A DNA stretch of 45,756 nucleotides from a virus (Duplodnaviria; Caudoviricetes), in IMG/VR virus record IMGVR_UViG_3300033076_001086, positions 1 to 45,756 of that record; one strand, written 5' to 3'. The number at the start of each line of letters is the position of its first letter. Position 1 is the stretch's first letter. The translations under genes and the position numbers were made by a program. Shown piece after piece: positions 22,834 to 33,383 of the stretch. The notes under the pieces were generated by a model. The model worked only from the letters and a program-made list of their open reading frames with translations, searched no databases and had not been told where the DNA came from.

Positions 22834-24252
22834 TTACCCGATGGCGCCGGATTCTTGGAGGCGGTAGCCGTTGACAGAAAGACTCAATGAGCCGGAGGTG
22901 TTGTTGTACCAGACATTTGGGGCACTGTCGGGCCAGTCAAGGTACATCTCCGCGTTGGTCCGACCCCCCTGGACGTTGCCGGCAGAAAACGCTAGCACGG
23001 AAGCGGCGGGACTCGTAGCGGAATTCCGCGAGAACACGTTTGCCGTGGACTCCCCCGCCGAGGCGGGGGAAGCTTTGTTCAAAAAGAGGTTGGCCGAGAC
23101 CGCCAGGGGCGGCACCGCAGCGGCCAACGACACGGCGGTAAGGGAGGTAGCCGCCCCCGCCGCCAGCACGGAAACGGCGTCTTTGTAGAGGGCCAGAGAG
23201 CCCCGCTGCACGAACGGCCGGAAATTGCCCGCTGCGTTGCGCACGAGACCCACCAGCGCAAAGAAGGAGAACCCCCCGGGCAGCGTGGGGGCGGTCGTGC
23301 TCAACGAGAGCAAGGCGGACACCGCCCCGCTGGCCGGGTTGTAGATGGCGAACACCGCATACCACGCGTCCGCAGACTCTACGCCCGTGTCCAGGCCGCC
23401 CGCGCCGGAAACCGTGATATCTGCGGAGGTGGCCACGGTGTTGAGGCGAACAACCGAACCCGCCGCGTTGCGCACGGTCAGCTCGGAAGCCGACAGGTCA
23501 ACGATCGTGTTCGGAGTCGCCGCGTTGGTCCGGACCTGCAAGCCCCTTGCGCCACCCGCCACCACGGTTTGCCCCGTGAGGGCAGCAGCAGGGTTAAGCA
23601 GCACGTACTTATCGAGCGTCAAGTCATAGACGTAGAGGCCCCAAGAGCCCGCGCCGGGGATGTCGCCAGGGGCGAGCAAGGCGTCATTGGCGCGGACGAT
23701 GGACTTCGCGGCGCCGCCGTTGAGCGCCAACGTTGCCGCAGCAGTGTTCGCGTTTGCGTGGCGGAGGTAGAACACGGTCCCCGTGGGCACCACGCCGAGC
23801 GAAGGCACCAGCGTGGCGGTCAGGGCGTTGGCGGTACCTGCAGCTACCGCAACCGGGGGCGCGTCCCGAACCGGGCTCCAGTCGGCCGCCACGGTTGGCA
23901 ACGAGGTGTTGGCGTTCTTGCGCGAGACGAACACGCGAGGACCGTTGGTGCCATCGTCATACCGAACGCGGTCCCCGATACCGTAGGAGTAGGCCACACC
24001 CCCGTTGAGCGCGGTGGTGATGAAATCAGGCGTCCCGTGGATCTGCAGCAACTGCAGCTCCTGGGTGATGTCGTAATACAGCTGGTTAGTTTGGTCCCGC
24101 GGGACATTTTTCGACAGCGGGTTGGTTTTGGGCAGCTGGTACGGAAGGGTGAAACCCTCCTCATAGTTCACCGAATCATCGCCGGGGTCCGTGTCGGGGA
24201 TGGCGGCCCGCGTACCCGTAATCGCGAATGGGTTTTTGAAAAATTTAAGCAT
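22834..24252 (-). CDS. Tail fibre protein (start revised to 24252)
   Basis: N-terminal FKNPFAITG.R..IP...VNYEEGF..PY baseplate-attachment region; ANTAAATLALNG repeat; follows the baseplate genes. Confidence 0.85.
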   Translation of the reverse strand: MLKFFKNPFAITGTRAAIPDTDPGDDSVNYEEGFTLPYQLPKTNPLSKNVPRDQTNQLYYDITQELQLLQIHGTPDFITTALNGGVAYSYGIGDRVRYDDGTNGPRVFVSRKNANTSLPTVAADWSPVRDAPPVAVAAGTANALTATLVPSLGVVPTGTVFYLRHANANTAAATLALNGGAAKSIVRANDALLAPGDIPGAGSWGLYVYDLTLDKYVLLNPAAALTGQTVVAGGARGLQVRTNAATPNTIVDLSASELTVRNAAGSVVRLNTVATSADITVSGAGGLDTGVESADAWYAVFAIYNPASGAVSALLSLSTTAPTLPGGFSFFALVGLVRNAAGNFRPFVQRGSLALYKDAVSVLAAGAATSLTAVSLAAAVPPLAVSANLFLNKASPASAGESTANVFSRNSATSPAASVLAFSAGNVQGGRTNAEMYLDWPDSAPNVWYNNTSGSLSLSVNGYRLQESGAIG

Positions 24253-24889
24253 AAAAATTCCCGTTGTTGAAGTTCTCGCGGTACACGCCAAACCCCCACC
24301 CGCCAACCTCACTCAGCACGACGTAATCAGAGAACACCCCCGCTGGTCGAGGCAGCAAGTCATACTCGTTTATCACGAACTCCAGTTGAGGCCCCAGGGG
24401 CACCGTGAACACGTAGCGTATCCGCATTTGAAGGGAGTCCGTCACGTAACCCCAACCCGGCCCGAACACATTGTAGAGGATGGCATTCGCCTGTGGCACG
24501 CTGTGCCGCGTGGTCAGCTGGTAATACCGCAGCCGCAGCGCAAGGCGCTTCTGCTCCGTGGTCAGAATGATGTTGCCGCTTGCCGCGAAATTTCCGTTCT
24601 CGAAATTTTCATCGTCCGTAGCGAACCCCCAAATAGGCTTGTCCGGATCGTCCGTAGGAGTGACCGAGAGCGGGAGGCCGAGGATTACCGCCCACACCAT
24701 CAGACCAAAGTCGTTTGCGGTCTGCAGGTTGAACACGTCCCGCACCCAGTCAGTCCAAAAGGCGGTTTGGTTCACGTCATACCATGCTTGCTTTGCCCGC
24801 AAGAGGGCCTCCAGGCGCTCCGCCTTGTTGTACTGCCAGAGCAGGGCCCGCAGCAGATCGACCGAGAAATCAAAGACTTGGATGTTCAT
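24245..24889 (-). CDS. Baseplate wedge protein (DUF2612-like)
   Basis: ALLWQY, LQTANDFGL.VW..ILG, LLPRPAGV; synteny. Confidence 0.8.
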   Translation of the reverse strand: MNIQVFDFSVDLLRALLWQYNKAERLEALLRAKQAWYDVNQTAFWTDWVRDVFNLQTANDFGLMVWAVILGLPLSVTPTDDPDKPIWGFATDDENFENGNFAASGNIILTTEQKRLALRLRYYQLTTRHSVPQANAILYNVFGPGWGYVTDSLQMRIRYVFTVPLGPQLEFVINEYDLLPRPAGVFSDYVVLSEVGGWGFGVYRENFNNGNFYA

Positions 24890-26082
24890 GCGACGATGAC
24901 GGTAATACCGCCTTCCGCGATCGTGGCAATCTGGTTGAGCGCCATGGGGATCTCGACGACTTGGTAGTCCACCACTGACTGCAACGTGATCTCCATTTTC
25001 TGCACGTACAAACCGGGGCTCAGGACGTTGACCGCGCCGGCAAGCTCAAAGGGGGACACGGCGGCACCCACGGTGAAGCCAGCCTCTCCGTCCAATTCGC
25101 CCCGCGCGAACGCCAGGATAGCGGAGCGCACGAGGGTTTCCGGGTCTCCGGTAGCGCCCGCCACTCTGACCGTGGCTTTGGCTAGGATGGCAACGGGGGT
25201 GGGCCGGTCGAATTTTACCGGGTAGACCTGCCCCGAGAGTGGCTCGGTGACGTTGACGGTCGTCCCACCGTTGTACCCTGCGCCCATGCTCTTGCGCTCT
25301 AGCAGCGTTGTTGCTACGGCCAGATTCGTGCCGCCGTCCACGCAGGCATAGATGCTGTGCGCGTCCATCAAAATGCCGTCGATCGTGGCCGGGCTGGCAC
25401 TGGTGTTTTCGCGGAAACTGAGCGACCGCACGCCCTCCGTATCCATGAGGCCCGAAATGATAGCCTCCGGACCGCCGGAGCCCTGCAGCGCCAGGGTTTG
25501 CCGGCGGCGAATGCGAGCTGCGCCATCCGACTCGACGTTGCGGCCGATCACTGCGGCGTTCGCGTTGGTGACAGACTCCCACCCGAGCACACCCGAAACC
25601 ACCGTATTGAGCGCGGCGGGGTTGCAAGCGATGGGCCCGAACTCCACCGCTACGAAATCCACGACCGCCCCGCCGCCAGCGTCTAGGATCACGTCCCCTA
25701 CGGTCTCAAACTCGATGCCGTCCGACTTGGCTGCGCGAGATCCGGCCGGAATCAGCGTCCCCGCCACCCCCGCCACGGCCACCGCGGATATGTAGGACCG
25801 CGTGGCCGCCAAGCGTTGACCGTCGGTGAGCGCCCATATCGCGTCGAGGAACACCCCTCCGGCGAGGTTGGGGTTGATCTGGTTGGCGAGCGCAGCATTG
25901 TTAGCCACCGCATTTGCTCGCGCCGCAGTCTCCGCCGTGATGAGAACGCCTTGGGGCGTGTTGGGTGTTACCACAAGGTCCGAACCGAACACCGCCCGGT
26001 ATTCGTTCTCCACCTCCGTGCGCAGGTCGGCGGTGTCGGGCACGATGACGCCCGTTTCCTCGATATAGGCGTAGTCAGCCAT
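24886..26082 (-). CDS. Baseplate J-like wedge protein
   Basis: TPQGVLI, NPNLAGGVFLD, G...ESD...R.RR. Confidence 0.85.
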   Translation of the reverse strand: MADYAYIEETGVIVPDTADLRTEVENEYRAVFGSDLVVTPNTPQGVLITAETAARANAVANNAALANQINPNLAGGVFLDAIWALTDGQRLAATRSYISAVAVAGVAGTLIPAGSRAAKSDGIEFETVGDVILDAGGGAVVDFVAVEFGPIACNPAALNTVVSGVLGWESVTNANAAVIGRNVESDGAARIRRRQTLALQGSGGPEAIISGLMDTEGVRSLSFRENTSASPATIDGILMDAHSIYACVDGGTNLAVATTLLERKSMGAGYNGGTTVNVTEPLSGQVYPVKFDRPTPVAILAKATVRVAGATGDPETLVRSAILAFARGELDGEAGFTVGAAVSPFELAGAVNVLSPGLYVQKMEITLQSVVDYQVVEIPMALNQIATIAEGGITVIVA

Positions 26083-26422
26083 TGATGCTCCCGATACCGT
26101 AGATGGTTGAAATTACTGCGCGGTAGGTCAGCACATCGGCGACCTGCTCGGAGGTGAGATCCTGCACTTCGATGACCCCCTCTACCTCCTCAAGAGCACT
26201 GCGCAAAAAGGCCTCAAACTGTAGGCGGTTGGGCGAGCCACTCCACACCGTGTCGAAATTGGGGAGGCCTTCGTCCACGGCGTAAATCATCTCGCCGCGC
26301 ATGGTCTTGGCCGCGTGCTCGCAGTTTTGCAAGACCGCCAGCAAGTCCGACCGCAGCGACAGCGACCCATCCGCCCCGATAAACAGGTCGTTGGTGTCGT
26401 CTACGGCAACAGTAAGGGTCAT
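26075..26422 (-). CDS. Baseplate wedge / sheath initiator (gp25-like)
   Basis: RGEM.Y..DEGLP, VEGV, ISTIYG; synteny. Confidence 0.75.
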   Translation of the reverse strand: MTLTVAVDDTNDLFIGADGSLSLRSDLLAVLQNCEHAAKTMRGEMIYAVDEGLPNFDTVWSGSPNRLQFEAFLRSALEEVEGVIEVQDLTSEQVADVLTYRAVISTIYGIGSING

Positions 26423-27066
26423 ACCACGCCTCCAGAAACGCCCGCGCCGGGCTGCACTCCGCTATGCTGGTGGGCAGTGAAAGTGCGCCCGTTGATGATA
26501 ACCGGTACCCCGTCTAACGAAATGGCCGCAGGGCCCACCTCGACTCTCGCGGCGCCAGCGGCCAGGACCACGCGGTCGGGCCGGACGGAGACTTTCACCG
26601 AACCGTCCAGAGACTGCAGGACCGCCGAGTCCGCATCTTCCCCCGCGATGGTGTACCCGGTCATGGGCGCCGGCATGAAAACCGCGTCTTGGAAGGAGTG
26701 GAACCGCAAGGTGTTGGGGGCGGAAGCTTTGTAGTTTTGAAGGAACAAACTGATGTCCCGGTCATTGGCTTTGATCCACCCCAAGTCCCCGGGGGCCAGA
26801 GGGAATTTCAGGACGAACCCCCCGCCCCCTGGCCACAGGATGGGCACACGGGCAATCGTGGGGCGATCGATCTGGCGTTCATCCGTGGTCAACAGGCGAA
26901 TGAGCGGCTGCACTTGCACCCGGTCGGCGGCGGCGTCATACGCCACCACTCGGGCCGGCAACATGTCGTCCACGCCCTGCAGGAACTTGCGCAGTGCGAC
27001 ATTCAGTGCGCCCAGCAAAGTGCCGTCGTCGGCCGGGTCGCGTGAGGGAGGGGCATTTGTGGCCAT
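26419..27066 (-). CDS. Baseplate central spike (gpV/gp138-like; start revised to 27066)
   Basis: LPARVVAYD, GDLG....DRDI, C-terminal HQHSGVQPG iron-binding tip motif. Confidence 0.88.
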   Translation of the reverse strand: MATNAPPSRDPADDGTLLGALNVALRKFLQGVDDMLPARVVAYDAAADRVQVQPLIRLLTTDERQIDRPTIARVPILWPGGGGFVLKFPLAPGDLGWIKANDRDISLFLQNYKASAPNTLRFHSFQDAVFMPAPMTGYTIAGEDADSAVLQSLDGSVKVSVRPDRVVLAAGAARVEVGPAAISLDGVPVIINGRTFTAHQHSGVQPGAGVSGGVV

Positions 27067-27070
27067 GGTA

Positions 27071-27904
27071 TTACCGGGCACGGACGGCCCGTGTAGCTTC
27101 CGCGATGTAGTAGAAAGGGACGTCCCGACTTGCGATCTCAAAGCCCAGCTTGGACACCGTATATAGACCGTCTGCCGCCGGGTTCATCTCGCTCCGGATG
27201 TCCAGGCCGCCGCCGATCACGGTTTGATTGTCGAACAACATGCGGACCTTGACGCCGTACTCGGTGAACTCGGGAATGCCTATCATCCCCGTGTCTTTGT
27301 TGAGCACTCGGGTGCGGCCGGCTAGAGGAACGTTGTAGTCTTTGACGATCAGTTTCCCGTCGTCAACAAAAGCATTCACGCGGCCCATGACCCCGAGTTG
27401 GTCAACCTGCTTCAATGCGCCGCCCGCAAACGAATAGTTGGCTATCTGTTTGTCCTTCGCTTCAAATTGCAGCGACAGCCGCAGGTCCGCGGCGATCCGC
27501 TGCGCAAGGCTGCGTAGGGGGGTGGCGCCCGCCGAGGAGCGAGACACAATGTCTCCCTTCAGGTAGTCCCCCGTGGCGCTTTTGAGGGTAAGCATGATGT
27601 CCGGGGGCTGGGAGCCCGTGGCGCTGGTGATGTCGCCTTGGTACACCAGTGCGGTGCCGGTGCTGCGGCGGCCGGCTTCCACGCGGAGCAGCTTGCGGCG
27701 GCGGTTCTTGTTGAACGGGCTGGTCTCGGTCAGGAGGTAGTCCCTCGTGGCTTTGTCGAGGTTGGCGATTTTGACCTCGCACTCGTTCTGGTTGGCGTTG
27801 GCGTACTTCGTGCCCGAGGCGATGACATAGAGATCGTCGTAGGTTTTAAGTACCCCGTTGACCTCGATCCCAATCAAGACGATGCGCGGGTCAAGCGTTG
27901 ACAT
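27071..27904 (-). CDS. Baseplate hub protein
   Basis: Size, synteny, TGMIGIPE motif. Confidence 0.75.
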   Translation of the reverse strand: MSTLDPRIVLIGIEVNGVLKTYDDLYVIASGTKYANANQNECEVKIANLDKATRDYLLTETSPFNKNRRRKLLRVEAGRRSTGTALVYQGDITSATGSQPPDIMLTLKSATGDYLKGDIVSRSSAGATPLRSLAQRIAADLRLSLQFEAKDKQIANYSFAGGALKQVDQLGVMGRVNAFVDDGKLIVKDYNVPLAGRTRVLNKDTGMIGIPEFTEYGVKVRMLFDNQTVIGGGLDIRSEMNPAADGLYTVSKLGFEIASRDVPFYYIAEATRAVRAR

Positions 27905-28214
27905 TTGCCGCCCGCAATTCTTCCAACTCGATGTCGGACAGGTAAACGAGAAACTGGGTCACTCCGAAGGCCGGGTAATACGGCAGCTCATCCCCGTCCG
28001 TTGTGAGAACAAAATTGCCACGCTCTTGGTAGCGGTACGGCAGCACGGGCGACCCAGCCACCAAGCGGACGTTTGACACCACAGGTACGTCATCGCGCAC
28101 CACCGACATCGCCATGACGCCGTTGGTCTCTTTGATCGTGATGACGTAGCGGAACTCCTCCAGCTGAATCGACAGCTCTTGGTTTGGCAGCGCCTGGATA
28201 GCAATGTCGATCAT
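27891..28214 (-). CDS. Small baseplate protein
   Basis: I.IQALPNQ...FGVTQFLVY; synteny. Confidence 0.7.
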   Translation of the reverse strand: MIDIAIQALPNQELSIQLEEFRYVITIKETNGVMAMSVVRDDVPVVSNVRLVAGSPVLPYRYQERGNFVLTTDGDELPYYPAFGVTQFLVYLSDIELEELRAANVNA

Positions 28215-28738
28215 GAGAATATCCGCGACAAAATGGAGCCCCGCTGCGGGGGCGCGGCCTTGGGCTGTTGCTCCCCGCGCTTTACCGTCGAGCTGTCCCG
28301 AGGGGTGGCCACGCGGACCGTGGAGAACTGCGGGATGACAAACGCCGCCTCTCGGAAAGTGATGGTCATTGCGACACCGTCTTGGAGGTCGGCGGCCTCC
28401 TCGTGCGGGATCTTTTCAATGACCATATTCCGGTATGACCGGACCCGAGTTTGAACGGTGAGCTTTTCGCCCCGCGTGTACAGATCGAAAACTTGGTTGT
28501 AGACCGACGCGTAGTCTCGACTGGTCAGCAGCAACGGGATGTTGATGATGATCGGAAGCAGAATCCTGTGGTCCACGATGGACGCCCCGTTTTCTAGCGG
28601 GTGTTCCATCAGCTGCGCCTCGGGGAGAATCTCGGCGGTCACGGGGCGGGCCAGGGGGAACACCTGGGCCAACCGTGAATTGAACACGCCCACCACATCT
28701 ACGGCGTTGGTGGCGGGAGGGGTTTGAGAGATGGCCAT
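28211..28738 (-). CDS. Baseplate / tail-tube initiator protein
   Basis: EHPLENGA...DH; directly after the tape measure gene. Confidence 0.72.
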   Translation of the reverse strand: MAISQTPPATNAVDVVGVFNSRLAQVFPLARPVTAEILPEAQLMEHPLENGASIVDHRILLPIIINIPLLLTSRDYASVYNQVFDLYTRGEKLTVQTRVRSYRNMVIEKIPHEEAADLQDGVAMTITFREAAFVIPQFSTVRVATPRDSSTVKRGEQQPKAAPPQRGSILSRIFS

Positions 28739-30258
28739 TACGCGGCTACTCCGTCGTCATAGTTGGCGGAAACCTGGGACATCTGAGAGGACAAGGCGCC
28801 CCCGATGCTCCTGGCGATGCCGGGCCCATCCGTGGCCTGGGTGCTGACCTCCACTTTGTTGATGTTGACCGAGGACGTGCGGTCGCCGCCGCGCTTCGTG
28901 GTCACGCTGTTGGACGTCTGAGCGTTGATCGGAGAGGCCCCGGCCGCCCCTAGGAGGGCCTGCCCTGCGGCGACCCCCGCCGCGACCCCTGGCGCAGTGT
29001 CAGGCGCGGCAAATTGGTGGCTTTGAATCGCCCCCCAGGCCTTGCCCGCCAGCCCGCTTACGAAGGAGCCAAAGGTCTTGACGTACTCCCACAAGGCTTT
29101 GACCCGCGTGGCGATGTGGTCCCATAGCGCGAGGATGCCTTGGCCGGCCAACTCAAAGGCGGAAGCAATCACCCCGGCGATCTCTTTTGCTACCGCGCCG
29201 ACGATGTAGAACACCTGGGCCAGCATCGGAAATTTCTTGAGCAGCTGCCCGATCAGGGAATCGTTGCCCTCCAGAAAATTCATGACGTCGTCGTACAGCA
29301 GGGCGAACGCCGTGGCCAGCAGCCCCACAACCGCAATGACCCCCGCGAAGGGCGCCAGGAGCCCCACCACGGCGGCTACGGTGGAGATGATGAGCGGGAG
29401 CAACAGTTTGGCCAGAACAGCGCCTAGCGCCACGAAAACGCCAATGACGAAATGGTGGTTCTCTCGCACCCAGGTTACGAGGCTGGTGAAAGCCCCGACA
29501 ATACGGGTGACGATGGGTAGTACCGCCTCGGCCATGCCGAGCCACAAAGACCGCAGGCTATGCCGGAAGTCGTCCAAGGAGTCTCGATACGCCGCGGCAA
29601 TCTCGCCCTGTTTCTCCGTCACCACCCCGAGCTCTTTGTGCTTTTTAATGAGGGCCTCCAGCTCCCGCCGGCCGCCCTGCAGCATCATGATCGTGCCCAT
29701 GTCAAAGCCGATCTTTTTCCCCATCGCGATCGACTCTTGTCGGCCCATCGTGGCGAACGCATCCGCGATCTGCGGAAGAAAATCGAATGCGGTCTTACCC
29801 TTGTTGGCCACGCTGTCGAGGTTGATCCCCATCTCCTTGAGGAACGGGGTCGCCTTGCTCTTGCCCGTGGTCTCCATGGTGGCCAGGGCAGTGTTCAACG
29901 TGTTCAGGCTCCCAATGAACCCCTCCTGCGTGCCCCCCGCTTCTTTGATGGCGTCACTGTAGGCGCTGAGCTCCTCGGTAGCAAGCCCGAGAGCCTTGGC
30001 CGATTCGTCCAGCTGGTCGGCCTGTATTACCGCGTCACTGAAGGACGCCAGGAGCTGACGCGCAGCCAGCATGCCGAGGAGGGCGCCCCCAAAGGTGCGG
30101 ATTGCGCCGCCCAGGCGCTCGCCCATTTTGTACGCCGCGGCGTCGAGATCCTTGACCTGCTGCGTCGTCTGTTTGGCCCGCTTGTCCGATTCGTCCAGAC
30201 CCTTGTTGAGCTTGGACGCATCGGCTTCAAACAGCAGGAAAAAGGAGTCAAGAATCAT
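28738..30258 (-). CDS. Tape measure protein (506 aa)
   Basis: Helical, Ala-rich with TM segments; follows the chaperone pair. Confidence 0.85.
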   Translation of the reverse strand: MILDSFFLLFEADASKLNKGLDESDKRAKQTTQQVKDLDAAAYKMGERLGGAIRTFGGALLGMLAARQLLASFSDAVIQADQLDESAKALGLATEELSAYSDAIKEAGGTQEGFIGSLNTLNTALATMETTGKSKATPFLKEMGINLDSVANKGKTAFDFLPQIADAFATMGRQESIAMGKKIGFDMGTIMMLQGGRRELEALIKKHKELGVVTEKQGEIAAAYRDSLDDFRHSLRSLWLGMAEAVLPIVTRIVGAFTSLVTWVRENHHFVIGVFVALGAVLAKLLLPLIISTVAAVVGLLAPFAGVIAVVGLLATAFALLYDDVMNFLEGNDSLIGQLLKKFPMLAQVFYIVGAVAKEIAGVIASAFELAGQGILALWDHIATRVKALWEYVKTFGSFVSGLAGKAWGAIQSHQFAAPDTAPGVAAGVAAGQALLGAAGASPINAQTSNSVTTKRGGDRTSSVNINKVEVSTQATDGPGIARSIGGALSSQMSQVSANYDDGVAA

Positions 30259-30491
30259 GGCTTTTTCTTCCCGTGTTCGGCGGCTAGGTACTCGTTATAC
30301 CGGGTCGTAACCACGACCTCCCACATGTCGAGGAGGTCTTCTAAGTCGTACTCGAATCGGAGTTCTTTGAGGGTGGCTTGGCCACTGGCGAGGACCGCCC
30401 CGACAAGTCCGTCAACGTTTGGGAAAGCAACACTTGGGCTTTCGCTGCGATAGCTTCTAAGAAACCCAAGGCCTTCCCGTTCCCGAAAAAA
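30255..30491 (-). CDS. Tail assembly chaperone C-terminal extension (gpGT-like, -1 frameshift)
   Basis: Slippery T-TTT-TTC at 30491-30485; the -1 frame (ORF 30255..30623) stays open to the tape measure start. Confidence 0.8.
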   Translation of the reverse strand, partial: FFREREGLGFLRSYRSESPSVAFPNVDGLVGAVLASGQATLKELRFEYDLEDLLDMWEVVVTTRYNEYLAAEHGKKKP

Positions 30492-30808
30492 CTTACGTTG
30501 TACTCCATCATGGCCATTTCGAGTTTGGCCAGGGCCTCCCAGTCCGGAACGTGGTTGTTCACCAGCTCCCGGGTGGACAGCAGCAGGGGGCCTCCGCTGT
30601 CGCGGGGGACGCCCACGTAGCACATGAGTTTGAGCATGAGCGCCTCATTCATCGCGTAGTCCCCGACCTTGGGGGCCGCGGTCAGGGGGTACTGCGTGAC
30701 CAGCTCGCGGCCCGGGATGGCCGGGATACGCGAGATGATGTAAGTATGACTCTCGCCATCGCGGTCGAGAATCGTCACTTCTTTGGGTTTAAGAAGAATG
30801 GAGGTCAT
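30341..30808 (-). CDS. Tail assembly chaperone (gpG-like)
   Basis: Between tube and tape measure genes; contains the slippery site. Confidence 0.8.
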   Translation of the reverse strand: MTSILLKPKEVTILDRDGESHTYIISRIPAIPGRELVTQYPLTAAPKVGDYAMNEALMLKLMCYVGVPRDSGGPLLLSTRELVNNHVPDWEALAKLEMAMMEYNVSFFGNGKALGFLEAIAAKAQVLLSQTLTDLSGRSSPVAKPPSKNSDSSTT

Positions 30809-30813
30809 GGTGC

Positions 30814-31257
30814 TTACGTGCGCGCGAAGTTCTCAAACGCGAATTGGTAGGTGTTGGACTTGAAGCGGCCCGCGCTGGCCACAGACAGCCCCGGGGGGCC
30901 GTCGGTGATGGCGCCCTGTTGAGCCGTGAGTACCCGGCCGTCCGGGTAGATGCCGATCAGGGTGATGATGTCGCGCGACCCCCGCTTGCCTTTGCCCACT
31001 CGGTTGGCGTCGTACAGAATCGACATGTTGCGGTCGTCGTCGCTGCCGGGAATGAGCGAGATGGACAGGATCAAGGGGTTGGCCTTGCTCCAGACGATCA
31101 AGTCCCCATTCACGCCCATTGCCTTGTCCCGGATCTGGACCGACGGCAAGTCGAACGGGTCCGCGTCGTCTGCAAATTGCGTGAGGTCGAACCCCGCGGG
31201 GAAGGTTTGGGATGCCAGCACCCGAACCTTGAGGCCGAAGCCGCTGATAACGTTCAT
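30814..31257 (-). CDS. Tail tube protein
   Basis: 147 aa after the sheath; TQFADDADP...MGVNG...Y.FAFE. Confidence 0.82.
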   Translation of the reverse strand: MNVISGFGLKVRVLASQTFPAGFDLTQFADDADPFDLPSVQIRDKAMGVNGDLIVWSKANPLILSISLIPGSDDDRNMSILYDANRVGKGKRGSRDIITLIGIYPDGRVLTAQQGAITDGPPGLSVASAGRFKSNTYQFAFENFART

Positions 31258-31277
31258 TTGGTATTACTCCGTTGGGG

Positions 31278-32786
31278 TTAGATGAGGGCGTGGGTACCTT
31301 CGACCTTGCGGACGATGTCGTCTTTCGAGTAGATCAGGGTGTATTCCGCTTTCCACTCGGTGCGGCCATCGGTGGTCACGTAGGACGTGAGCACGATGTC
31401 AAACCAGTAGCCCAGGGTGAACACCTGTTGCCAAGCGTTCTCATCCCCCGTCAGGTTCGCGATGAACAGCTTTTGAACGGGGGTCAAGGGCTTGCCGATG
31501 CTGATGGTCCCGTTGAAGGTGGCACGCTCAATCACGGGGGCGATGACCGCCAGCAGCTGCGAGCGGCCCTGCTCGTTGGCCGAGACCTTCGCGAGAGACA
31601 GCAGGAGCGACATGACCTGTGCGCCTGCGGCGTCCTTCAGCCACATCTCGTTTGCGTAGGTGTTCATGTCCACGGGGTCCGTGGCCAGCCCGCCCATGAC
31701 GCCGCGTTGGTAGAAGTCAATGAACTGGCCCGCCGTCTGCGTGCGCCCGTAGTAGTTCGCCCGCGTTGCGTCGAACAGGTTGGCCGCGGCGTCCGTGGTC
31801 ACGCTGGGCGTTTGCGAGAACTGCTGGAACATGTAGCCATGCACGCTGTTGCGCTTGCTGTAGTCCGTCGCGGCCAGGATCATCGCGGGGTCAAGCTCGT
31901 GGTACTCGGCGGGGAACGGCGAGTAGGTCCACGACACGCCCGACAGCCCGGACAGGGCCGCGAACAGGGTGGACGCCTCGGCCTCCGTGTCGAAACCGAT
32001 CGTGTAGTGGAACCGAACGTTGTACGTGTCGTTTTGCGTGGCCACCGCCAGAATCTGCGCATCGCTCAGCGTGGGGATGAACGCGAAGGTGCCAAAATTG
32101 TCGGTCGCTGCCACCGAGTCAATGAACGAGACCACGGGCTCCTCGGGGTCCACACCGGGCGAGTAGACCGCCGAAGGGGTCCAGCCCAACAGGGGCGCCA
32201 GAGGGGTACCGGTAGCAGCCGGCGCGATCGCCACGGCGCCAGGGCCCGGGTCGCCCGAGGTCAGGTTGAAGGAGTTGGAAGGGGCGTCGTATGCCACCGT
32301 TGCCGTGGTCCAGGCGACCCCGCCGGCCACGACCGCCCGCACTGCGGTTTGCAACAGCGTGGCGACTGCGGCAAGGCTGGCCGCACCGGTCAGGTTGATG
32401 CCGGTCACATCGCCCGTGTAGGAGCCCAAGGTCAGCTTGAAGGAACCGGCGGACACCGCAACCAGCGAAGCCAGGGAGGCCGCGGTGCGGGCGCCGAAAA
32501 TCTTGGCGGCGGTCTCCACGTTGGCCCAGCGGCCAAAGCTGATTTTCTCGGGCCGCGTGATGTTCTTCGAGATGAAACCGAAATACTTGACGGCGCGAAG
32601 GTACTCGGGGGAGGTCAGGCCAAAGTATGACCCGACAGACTCCGCGCTCGTGAACTCCAGCACGCTTTTCGCGGGCACGCGCTCGGACGTCGTCATCAGA
32701 CGAAGGATCAATTCGCGTTCGCGAACCCCTGCGCCACCGCCAACACCAGACGTGATTTTCACGTACCGATCGAATGAAATGCTCAT
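31278..32786 (-). CDS. Tail sheath protein (DUF3383-like)
   Basis: 502 aa; V..YFG..SPEY..A..YF; position in the tail operon. Confidence 0.88.
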   Translation of the reverse strand: MSISFDRYVKITSGVGGGAGVRERELILRLMTTSERVPAKSVLEFTSAESVGSYFGLTSPEYLRAVKYFGFISKNITRPEKISFGRWANVETAAKIFGARTAASLASLVAVSAGSFKLTLGSYTGDVTGINLTGAASLAAVATLLQTAVRAVVAGGVAWTTATVAYDAPSNSFNLTSGDPGPGAVAIAPAATGTPLAPLLGWTPSAVYSPGVDPEEPVVSFIDSVAATDNFGTFAFIPTLSDAQILAVATQNDTYNVRFHYTIGFDTEAEASTLFAALSGLSGVSWTYSPFPAEYHELDPAMILAATDYSKRNSVHGYMFQQFSQTPSVTTDAAANLFDATRANYYGRTQTAGQFIDFYQRGVMGGLATDPVDMNTYANEMWLKDAAGAQVMSLLLSLAKVSANEQGRSQLLAVIAPVIERATFNGTISIGKPLTPVQKLFIANLTGDENAWQQVFTLGYWFDIVLTSYVTTDGRTEWKAEYTLIYSKDDIVRKVEGTHALI

Positions 32787-32804
32787 TTTGAAAGCTCCTA
32801 AAAA

Positions 32805-33383
32805 TTAGACCCGCTGGACGTTCAAGTCATACCCGGTTACTACCTGCTCCACATCAACCCGAGAGCGTTCGTGAATGAACACCACATCAAAGGAGGGTTC
32901 GGCCTCGAAATGGTCTCTGTCGTCCGTGGAGCTGGGGTTTCTGACATCGGTAATACGCAGTACCCCGATGCCTCGCGCCCGCAAGTCCGCCAGGAACCTA
33001 TCGGAATTGATTATGCCAGCAACAGCATCTAAAACGTCTGCTGGCGTGGGCAGCGCCGGCCGCTCGTTGTCCTGGGGCACGAGGGCGGCAAATTGGTACT
33101 GTTGCTGCAGGATCTGCATTTCCTCGTACTGCATTGTCCCGCGAGGGGCAGGGGGCGGTAGCGGGGGCGTGGTCTCGACGTAGGTGGCGCGGGTCCGCTT
33201 CCAGCCGTAGCGCTTGTGCCCGATCTTCACGAAATAGACCGTCGCGGTGTCGTCTCGCCCCTGCTGCGTCGGGTCGTAGTTCTGCACGAAGCGCAAATCG
33301 GGGAACTGCCCCAAGATGGCGTCACTGGCCGCCCGAGGGCTCAGCAGCGCCACAAGGTGAGCATTCAACTGTGCGTCAGTCAT
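32805..33383 (-). CDS. Tail terminator / neck protein
   Basis: Synteny directly upstream of the sheath. Confidence 0.7.
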   Translation of the reverse strand: MTDAQLNAHLVALLSPRAASDAILGQFPDLRFVQNYDPTQQGRDDTATVYFVKIGHKRYGWKRTRATYVETTPPLPPPAPRGTMQYEEMQILQQQYQFAALVPQDNERPALPTPADVLDAVAGIINSDRFLADLRARGIGVLRITDVRNPSSTDDRDHFEAEPSFDVVFIHERSRVDVEQVVTGYDLNVQRV

